A stretch of 64,000 nt of DNA from Fibrobacteria bacterium (lineage in GTDB: Bacteria; Fibrobacterota; Fibrobacteria; UBA5070): the NCBI GenBank assembly GCA_035352895.1, contig DAOPYN010000010.1:24188-88187 (forward strand). Reading direction: 5' to 3'. Both the position numbers and the translations under genes were made by a program. The notes under the pieces are model-generated. The model had not been told where the DNA came from. It did not search any database and worked only from the letters and a program-made list of their open reading frames with translations. Below, one piece after another: positions 58,301 through 64,000 of this stretch. Position 1 is the first letter of the stretch. Each line of letters opens with the position of its first letter.

Positions 58301-61300
58301 GACAATGGACTTGGCGGAAGGATCGCCACCCACCACGGACACTCCGCCCAAGGCGGTGGTGATCTCGATACCGATGTCGGAGCTGGTGTCCACCAGGTTG
58401 CCCACGCTGTCGAACACCGTGACCTTCACCGGTACCCGCGCGTTCTGGGTCATGAAGCCGGTGTCGGCCAGGGTCACCGAAGGCGGATCCTGGAATTGGG
58501 CCATGTAGGGAAGGCCGGGACGGATCAGGATCTTGCCGTCGCCGGAGAAGCTCGCCTTCTTGCCGCCCACGCCCACGGTGTCCTTGCCGTTGGCGCCCAC
58601 GATCTGGGGACCCGCCACGGTGAAGAACACGTCGTAGGAGGTTTCGCCCTTCACGTTGGTGCGGAAGATGTCGGAAGGTTCCACCAGGGTGCCACCCTTG
58701 GCCACGTCATGGAGCCCGGTGGCCCGGATCTGGACCATCTGCAACGTGCCCGAGTACAGGTTGGCGGTCTTCTTGCCGGCATCGAGCGAATCGCGGAAGG
58801 AGGTGTCGGCGGCGACCACCTTGCCCAGGCCGGTGCAGACCTTGGCCGCGGAATCCTTGCTGGACAAGCCCAGGTAGGTCAGGACGCCGGTGACGTTGTT
58901 GCGGCAGTTGTATTTGATGCTGCTGACCACGGAGAGCACCGCGTCGCGGGAAACCACGGGTCGCACCCGCATGACCACGGTCTGTCCCACGCGGGCCGAA
59001 TTGATCTGGGCTCCGGTGGTCTTGTCGAAGAACATGACGTTCATGTCGAAACCGTCGTTCTTGTAGAGCCACGTTCCCATGTTGGAATACACCGTGGTGC
59101 CCGTGGCCGTCTGGGCCACCACCATCACCTGGTAGCGCGAGCGCGGGTCGGGCTTGACCGGGAGCTTCGCTTCGAAGGTGTTGGATCCTGGCTTGGGGAC
59201 GCCGCTGATGATCGAGGTCAGCGCGAGGTCCTTGGGATTGTAGGGGAGGATGGGGGTGTCGTCGTCGGAAACCGCCGAAGCGTAGGAGAAGATGTAGTAC
59301 TGGTAGTTGACGAAGTTGCCACCGGTCTCGACCAGGTCGAAGGAGAAACGGATGGTGTTGGCGACGGAGTCGTACTTGGCCTGGGTTCCGTCCTTGAGCA
59401 CGATGCTCGGTGCGGTCCCCTTGGACTTGGACTTGGCTCCGACGTCGGCGATCGAGCCATCGGGGTCGATCCCCCACCGGCCATGGTCCAGGATCACGGA
59501 ATCCACGCCCGGGTCCTCCCAGACGGGCTCGAGGAACTTGGGGCTCTTGGGATCGACGGACTGGAACGCCACGGACTTGATGAACCAGTTGGTCTGCTTG
59601 CGCACGTCCTTCTTGGCGATGGTGTCGATGGTCCCCAGGGTGTCGGTCCAGGTGGCGCGCAGATTCTGCACCAAGACGGAATCCAAGGCCGTCCACTGCT
59701 GCTGGTTGGCCTGATCCATGATGGGGATGGTGTCGCCGGGCTGCACGCCCGCCGGCAACTGGTTGTTGTTCGTGCCGACGACGCCCTTGAGCAGGCCGAG
59801 CACGGAATAGTTCTTGGTGGGCAGTTTGGCCGGAGGCACGGCGGGGACGGAGAGTTCCCATCCATTGAAGGGGAAGTTCCGTTCACCCTTCTGGTACTGG
59901 ATGTTGGCCTGGCTCCAGTACTGGATGCTGTCCTTGAACGGGGTGGCCAGGTTGATGTAGGTGCCCGTGGTGGCACCCGGCGGGGTGTACTGGGTGGCCT
60001 GGAAGTTCCAGGTCAGTTTCTGCGTCTGTACGTTCACCTGCAACCGGGGCTCCGGGAAGACCGCCTCCGACCGGGTGATGGTGGTCATGGCGGAATCCGT
60101 CACCTTCATGGCGGTGAGGGCGACCTTCTCGGGGAAGATCGCGAAGGTGTTGTTGTAGATGCCGTCGGTGTACTTGGAGATCAGGTCGACGTTCGAGAAG
60201 TAGGTCTTGAAGTTTTCGGTCTTGAGACCGGTCTTGGACTTGTTGTAGTCCAGGTACATGTTGGTGATGAGGTTGTTGTACACCAGGTGCTGGGTGGTCG
60301 CCCGCCACATCCCGTACCCGAAGATGGACGCGTTCTGGTAGAACGTGTTGTTGTAGATCTTGTAGGGAACGGTGACGAAATCCTTGCCGTACATGAATCC
60401 GCCCGCGTGGTTGGCGGCTTCCGAATTCCCCTTCACCGCGGTGGGCGCGGCCGTGGGGCAGCCCGCGGTGGCGGACTTCGCGCAGCTCATCCACTGGGCG
60501 TAGTCGCGGTTGTAGTTGCTGTACACCAGGTTGTGGTGGAAGGTGGACCCCAGGTCCCAATCCGACTCCACGTAGACGCCCCAGACGTTGTTGGCGAGCT
60601 CCGAGTACTCCACCATGTGCTGCCCGGAGTATCCGAATTGGCTGTTGGGCAGGAGCATGTCCTTGTCCAGGTCGGCCTGGTTGTTGCGCGCCATGGCGCC
60701 GCCCTTGTTGCGACCGAAGATGTACAGCGCGGAAAAGCAGTTCTGGATCTTGGTGTTGCGCAAGGTGACTTCGCGCGAAAGGAACAGGTTGACGCCGAAA
60801 TTGCCAAGGAGCGTCGGATACCCGGAAGGATCCCAGATGTTCAGGTGTCCGATGGGCAGGGGGGCCACGCCGTCGATCACCACGTTGTCCAGCGTGATGT
60901 TGGAACTCTGCTTGATCAGGATGACGCCGTTTTGCTGGTAGCCGCTGGTGGAGTACGGATTGGAGGAGTTCTTGCTTCCTCCGACCGTGGCCGTGTTGTT
61001 GATGGGCCACTGCTTCCAACCCGCGGGCTGGTTGACGGAATCCGCCGCCGTGAAGAACGGCCCCGCCAGCAGGCCCTGGTCCTGGAACTGGATGACCGGC
61101 TTGACACCCAAGGCACCCTTGATGGTGATGTTCGATTTCTCGTAGATCAAGAGCGTGTTGGGCAGCTTGTACAAGGGGTCCGACAGGCTGATCACGCAAC
61201 CGGTGTTGGCCGGGCAGGCGTTCACCGCGTCCTGGATGGTCGCGTGCGTGCCAGGGACCTTGAATTGCGCCTGCGCAAAGGCCGTGGATGCCATGGAAAG

Positions 61301-61369
61301 CAATCCGCCCAGCAGAAATACTCCAAACTTCCGACGAAAATCGGACCAGACAGGCAATCCCGCAAGCAT
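55322..61369 (-). CDS. giant secreted cell-surface protein (2015 aa), paralog B of 48570..54269
   Basis: Signal peptide ...RRKFGVFLLGGLLSMASTAFAQA. N-terminal about 250 aa colinear with paralog A (NACPANTGCVISLSD...NPYSTSGYQQNGVIL...LRNTKIQNCFSALYIFGRN). Ig-like repeat array and DVDCDGAADH-type motifs. C-terminus ...SGVYMIRLISYGKQNVNGVQVRAMLQNKVFKVGYQRKQ. Confidence 0.8.
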   Translation of the reverse strand: MLAGLPVWSDFRRKFGVFLLGGLLSMASTAFAQAQFKVPGTHATIQDAVNACPANTGCVISLSDPLYKLPNTLLIYEKSNITIKGALGVKPVIQFQDQGLLAGPFFTAADSVNQPAGWKQWPINNTATVGGSKNSSNPYSTSGYQQNGVILIKQSSNITLDNVVIDGVAPLPIGHLNIWDPSGYPTLLGNFGVNLFLSREVTLRNTKIQNCFSALYIFGRNKGGAMARNNQADLDKDMLLPNSQFGYSGQHMVEYSELANNVWGVYVESDWDLGSTFHHNLVYSNYNRDYAQWMSCAKSATAGCPTAAPTAVKGNSEAANHAGGFMYGKDFVTVPYKIYNNTFYQNASIFGYGMWRATTQHLVYNNLITNMYLDYNKSKTGLKTENFKTYFSNVDLISKYTDGIYNNTFAIFPEKVALTAMKVTDSAMTTITRSEAVFPEPRLQVNVQTQKLTWNFQATQYTPPGATTGTYINLATPFKDSIQYWSQANIQYQKGERNFPFNGWELSVPAVPPAKLPTKNYSVLGLLKGVVGTNNNQLPAGVQPGDTIPIMDQANQQQWTALDSVLVQNLRATWTDTLGTIDTIAKKDVRKQTNWFIKSVAFQSVDPKSPKFLEPVWEDPGVDSVILDHGRWGIDPDGSIADVGAKSKSKGTAPSIVLKDGTQAKYDSVANTIRFSFDLVETGGNFVNYQYYIFSYASAVSDDDTPILPYNPKDLALTSIISGVPKPGSNTFEAKLPVKPDPRSRYQVMVVAQTATGTTVYSNMGTWLYKNDGFDMNVMFFDKTTGAQINSARVGQTVVMRVRPVVSRDAVLSVVSSIKYNCRNNVTGVLTYLGLSSKDSAAKVCTGLGKVVAADTSFRDSLDAGKKTANLYSGTLQMVQIRATGLHDVAKGGTLVEPSDIFRTNVKGETSYDVFFTVAGPQIVGANGKDTVGVGGKKASFSGDGKILIRPGLPYMAQFQDPPSVTLADTGFMTQNARVPVKVTVFDSVGNLVDTSSDIGIEITTALGGVSVVGGDPSAKSIVLHLDSANGVFWARTFDPVGSVFFLKSQVVVRDSARVKVMPPKEALKWTYAAGDSIFRYLGQSAPITLTLVDGNGAPALDASAPPFTATLTLAPGLRLALPTNPDSAIASVDILRSTASVDLVVLSDGPVSAGSIAATNPALDDAATFQPITFMPPPVPPTPSVDSAAFRDVDCDGAADHVRIFFKKDPVRRLKDSIQVTDVSVKLPFASQLIPAASTKVVDADSSILDVALSNPIPGTTPSGAASIRLSLKRLSLGDTVVNALVTGTTDTVFGIADRVGPRLVPRAVIWENSLGNPRDTLRFVVSEPVVYTKPVFPLLVWNGGVWKKTAATVLNAKIGVAADTIELDVQGNDGLLVEKAVVRIDPSADIVDLAGNHADDCAGATDTLLVYVKPIPMVSAAIVDVDGNGAADQIHVRFAAKLSKTAHFPDSLVVSNWCDFCGTRSVKLGSSADSINFSVDIVPFEVGKTTGLGLAGQGQLTFRSPMQNQVVDLVDSVGPIPMSAALRFGKDADTLRVVFSEPVSQLAGGSYLMHQSGQALGLTAIGMAASTNWVFSVPSSANPYPAVGDSVYLPNATSRLVGIGGVIPTTVAHPPRVVVQGGDRVPDSALVLDLNADGTADAVRLFYASPLRGNPLYTFTWGGTPVSVDSKTHGAKDSVTLTLPVVGFLPMVTGDPSALGTTQSLVAGALEPAQTFPLKDRVPPVIDSVFVSYGQVEGSADTIRVWASEPIAMPQVNSFLGIESRGVRKPFAATDGLASVQGTGPFTIACNACIETPTTFGLPSWPDRARLQAGIVDAQGNAVGDSSVWVTVFNGLYPTRYRVNLYPKGGVQSNVVPDDAPVRKLPPVSAFILPASNLPDAVWTPIGTTVDGVAQAGNPVITNAIGQSGFYGLVVEMNTSFDADFLAYDNLGVYVGTQKILIDIEDLRARGLLVGGKYTLAVVMNGSNMVGKPVSSGVYMIRLISYGKQNVNGVQVRAMLQNKVFKVGYQRKQ

Positions 61370-61533
61370 TCAGTCTCCTAACGTGGCAATGGAACGGATT
61401 TCTCCGCTCGATAGAACCGAAGCAAGCTACCCCCACCCCATCGATTTCGCTGTGGAAATTTTGGCTGCCGGATCATTGTCGGAACGACAATGGATCCCAG
61501 AGAGCCCAATCCACCCGGTACCCCAATGGGGGA

Positions 61534-62457
61534 TCAGCCCTCTGGCGCCCCGCGGGTTCCCGAATCCCTTCGACCGGACCCCGGACGGGCGGGAAACCCG
61601 CGAAGAACCGTTCCCACCGGCCACGAGCGGGTGACTCCGGCACGGGCGGCCACCACGCAGTCGTCGCCCAGTCGGACGTGATCGGCGAAACCCGCCTGCC
61701 CACCCACCAGGCACCGGTCCCCCAGGATCACCGACCCTGCCAGTCCGGCTTGGCCCGCCAACACGGATCCATCACCGATCCGGCAGTTGTGGCCCACCTG
61801 GATCTGGGCGTCCAGGTGACAGTCGCGACCGATCCGGGTCGGATCGAGCAATCCCGCCGCGATCTGGCATTGAGCTCCGATCCTGGAGCCCGCCCCCACC
61901 TCCACCCCACCCCAGTGCGGCAAAGGCCTGCGAACCCCGTCGAGGAGAACCAACCCGAATCCGGGCGCTCCCACCACGGTTCCGTCCCCGATGCACACCC
62001 CTTCGCCCAACCGCACACGTGGATGGATCACCGCTCCCGCACCGAGGGCCACTCCGTGGCCCAACTCCGCCGTCCGGTGCACCATTGCGTGGCGCGCCCT
62101 CTCGCCGAAGCGGTGGGCCAGCTCCAAGGGAGACAGCCAATCTTCGGGAGCCTCGGGAGGACGGCAAGGTCCTTCCAGGATGTCCAGGAAGACGCGGGAA
62201 GGCTCCGGGACCTCGACGAACCTTGGGACAAAATCCGACATCAGGTGTTCCCTCTGGCGGGAACTCCCCACCAGAACCTGCGCCCGGCAAGCGCGGACCT
62301 GCAGGGGACTCGCCTGCGCAGGCAGCACGCAAAGATCGCCCGGACCGGCCTCCTCCAGTCCCGCCAGACGAAACAAGGGGACCCACTCCATCGGAAGGGT
62401 CCCCAGTTCCGGCGACAACTCGCCCCACCCGCCCACGCCAGACAGAGCCAGCGCCAT
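61534..62457 (-). CDS. lpxD: UDP-3-O-(3-hydroxyacyl)glucosamine N-acyltransferase
   Basis: N-terminal LpxD domain plus a hexapeptide-repeat beta-helix (GHNCRIGDGSVLAGQAGLAGSVILGDRCLVGGQAGFADHVRLGDD...). Confidence 0.85.
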   Translation of the reverse strand: MALALSGVGGWGELSPELGTLPMEWVPLFRLAGLEEAGPGDLCVLPAQASPLQVRACRAQVLVGSSRQREHLMSDFVPRFVEVPEPSRVFLDILEGPCRPPEAPEDWLSPLELAHRFGERARHAMVHRTAELGHGVALGAGAVIHPRVRLGEGVCIGDGTVVGAPGFGLVLLDGVRRPLPHWGGVEVGAGSRIGAQCQIAAGLLDPTRIGRDCHLDAQIQVGHNCRIGDGSVLAGQAGLAGSVILGDRCLVGGQAGFADHVRLGDDCVVAARAGVTRSWPVGTVLRGFPARPGSGRRDSGTRGAPEG

Positions 62458-62463
62458 GGACGG

Positions 62464-63051
62464 CTACTTGGTCTTGGTCTTCGCGGGGGCGGCGGGGGCG
62501 ACCGGTGCGTCCTTGGCGGGAGCATCGGTGGAGATGAAATCGGCGTTCAGGCGATCCAGCACCTTCTGCGTCAGATCCCAGTCCTCCTTGCCCACGTAGA
62601 AGACCGCACCGGAGGCGCGATCCAGGACCAAGTCGTAGCCTTCGGCCTTGGCCACCTGTTGGGCGATCCCCCGGATCTTCTGGATGATGGGCGAGGTGAA
62701 CTTCTCGTTCTCCTTGACCAGCTTGCCGTCCTTGCCGTAGAGGGTCTGGACCATCTTCTGGAGATCGGCCTGCTTGGCCATGAAATCGCTCTGGAGGTTG
62801 CGCTTGCGCTCCTCCGAGAGCATCATGCCCTGCTTGTCGAACTTCTCCTTGAGGGTGGCCAGTTCCTTCTGCTTGTCGGCGACGTCCTGCTCCCAGGCGG
62901 CGACCTGCTTGTCGAAGCGTTCCTGGGCCTCCTTGGTGCCCTTGAAACCGTCGAATATGGCCTTGGTGTCCACCAATCCGATCCGCGGAGCGGCGTCGGC
63001 GGCGAAGACGGAAATCGACAACGCGAGGATGCTCAGGAAAACGTTTCGCAT
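62464..63051 (-). CDS. skp: periplasmic chaperone Skp (OmpH)
   Basis: Signal peptide MRNVFLSILALSISVFAADA, then Skp/OmpH coiled-coil pattern (IGLVDTKAIF...QKELATLKEKFD...). ATG 63051. Confidence 0.85.
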   Translation of the reverse strand: MRNVFLSILALSISVFAADAAPRIGLVDTKAIFDGFKGTKEAQERFDKQVAAWEQDVADKQKELATLKEKFDKQGMMLSEERKRNLQSDFMAKQADLQKMVQTLYGKDGKLVKENEKFTSPIIQKIRGIAQQVAKAEGYDLVLDRASGAVFYVGKEDWDLTQKVLDRLNADFISTDAPAKDAPVAPAAPAKTKTK

Positions 63052-63062
63052 GGGGTGGCCTT

Positions 63063-64000
63063 TCAGAAGGGCTGTTCGATGGTGAAGTTCGCGTGCATCC
63101 CCTTGTTGGGGATGGATTGGCCGTAGCTGTTCTCGCCGTCGTCCAGGCCCCAGGCGAAGTCGAACCCGAGGATGCCCATCATGGGGATGTTCAACCGGAA
63201 ACCGAAGCCCCAATCCCGCTTGAGGTTGCCCAGATCGATCTCCTCCCAGGGATTGGGAAGGGTCTTGACGGAGTAGTCCACATTCCTTCGCAAGGCCTCT
63301 CCGAAGACGTTCCCCGCGTCCATGAAGGCGATCAGGTAGAACAGCTGGTCGGCCACCGGATAGCGGAGTTCCGCCGTGCTGGAAAGGAAGGCGCGCCCCA
63401 CCCGGAACAATCCCAGCGACGAGGCGTCGTATCCGCGCATCTTGCCCTGGTAGCCCAGAAGCCCGCCTTCGCGGTACAGCGAAGACTCCTGCAGCACGTC
63501 GCCCCCCTGGATGCCGCCCTGCATCTCCATGCCCAGGACGAACTTGCCCACCGTGGGGAACCACCACTTGGCCACCGTGGACCCCTGGTGGTAGTCGAAA
63601 TCGCCGCCGAAGATCCCGCCCACCCGGCGGTAGGACAGCTGGAACACGCTGCCGGAGGTGGGGAACAGAGGCAGGTCCTTGTCGTCGCGGGTGAGCGTGA
63701 CGGAAACCGACGATTCGATGCCATCCCTTCGCAGGAGCCCCGCGTCGTCGGAGTTCGCTCCGCGATAGCGGTTCAGGGAGAAGCCGTACCCGGTCCCGAT
63801 GGAGAAATAGTCGTCCGGCCAGGTGAGGCGGCGCCCCAGGGAAAGATCGAAGCCACGGGACTCGTAGTCGTAGGAGTCGTCGTATTGGTCGGTCTGGTGG
63901 GTCCAGAACCCGGAGATTCCCACGCGGGTGGGCGAATCCATGAACCAGGGCTCGGTCAGTCCCAGGCGAATGCTCTGCTTGTAGCCGCCGTAGTCGATGT
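63063..64000 (-). CDS. bamA: outer membrane protein assembly factor BamA (C-terminal beta-barrel part; gene continues beyond window end)
   Basis: Omp85 barrel sequence ending ...GMHANFTIEQPF (C-terminal Phe). It lies immediately upstream of skp, which is conserved synteny. Confidence 0.85.
   Translation of the reverse strand, partial: IDYGGYKQSIRLGLTEPWFMDSPTRVGISGFWTHQTDQYDDSYDYESRGFDLSLGRRLTWPDDYFSIGTGYGFSLNRYRGANSDDAGLLRRDGIESSVSVTLTRDDKDLPLFPTSGSVFQLSYRRVGGIFGGDFDYHQGSTVAKWWFPTVGKFVLGMEMQGGIQGGDVLQESSLYREGGLLGYQGKMRGYDASSLGLFRVGRAFLSSTAELRYPVADQLFYLIAFMDAGNVFGEALRRNVDYSVKTLPNPWEEIDLGNLKRDWGFGFRLNIPMMGILGFDFAWGLDDGENSYGQSIPNKGMHANFTIEQPF

Noticed and set aside
56690-61381. 1563-aa plus-strand ORF
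   Set aside because: Antisense of giant paralog B. Extremely Gly/Asp/Val/His-biased.
61772-62599. Plus- and minus-strand ORFs overlapping lpxD
   Set aside because: Alternative frames of a gene with clear LpxD hexapeptide-repeat homology.

Overview
High-GC (~67%) bacterial chromosomal segment from a diderm (LPS-making) organism. T9SS-type C-terminal sorting domains, a GH5 protein and prepilin-like proteins suggest an FCB-superphylum-like lineage, but I cannot place it taxonomically without a search. All ORF-track entries over 300 aa that conflict with the genes below are antisense or out-of-frame artefacts of the high GC content. Gene content by region, in coordinate order: (1) 1-3388: translation operon pheT(partial)-pheS-rplT-rpmI-infC on the minus strand. 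(2) 3667-8228: divergent four-gene type IV minor-pilin/pseudopilin-like operon ending in an oversized 752-aa PilX-like protein. (3) 8310-14767: a secreted GH5-like protein with T9SS-type CTD, an HD-GYP phosphodiesterase, a GAF-GGDEF diguanylate cyclase and a GT9-like hypothetical. (4) 14781-21025: tRNA-Pro, a small membrane hypothetical, hrpB helicase, a small Cys-rich ORF, an Ala/Lys-rich protein, an NDT-like gene and a secreted esterase. (5) 21377-28255: methylmalonyl-CoA operon (epimerase, PccB-like carboxyltransferase, a small epsilon-like ORF, BCCP, mutA, mutB). (6) 28447-34565: DEAD-box helicase, a transglutaminase-like protein, a small outer-membrane beta-barrel, RNase P RNA (rnpB, found by eye and not in the ORF track), a cysteine desulfurase, an MBL-fold hydrolase and a zinc-ribbon hypothetical. 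(7) 34626-43785: a nine-gene overlapping minus-strand operon, dpm1-like GT2, membrane GT2, accA, trm112-like, TPR/acidic-repeat protein, accB, pilT, accC, FecR-domain protein. pilT is translationally coupled between accB and accC. (8) 43864-47292: tRNA-His, pssA and a two-component system. (9) 47252-64000: outer-membrane biogenesis cluster bamA(partial)-skp-lpxD ... lpxC ... fabZ-lpxA, in which two paralogous ~1900-2000-aa secreted beta-helix/Ig-repeat proteins with a shared C-terminal sorting-like domain are inserted on either side of lpxC. That insertion is the most striking feature of the window. Other observations: apparent non-canonical starts for nifS-like and hrpB, a Cys-rich small ORF interrupted by an in-frame TAG, a GH5-like protein with both catalytic Glu replaced, and a slightly lower-GC islet with an NDT/SLOG-like gene.
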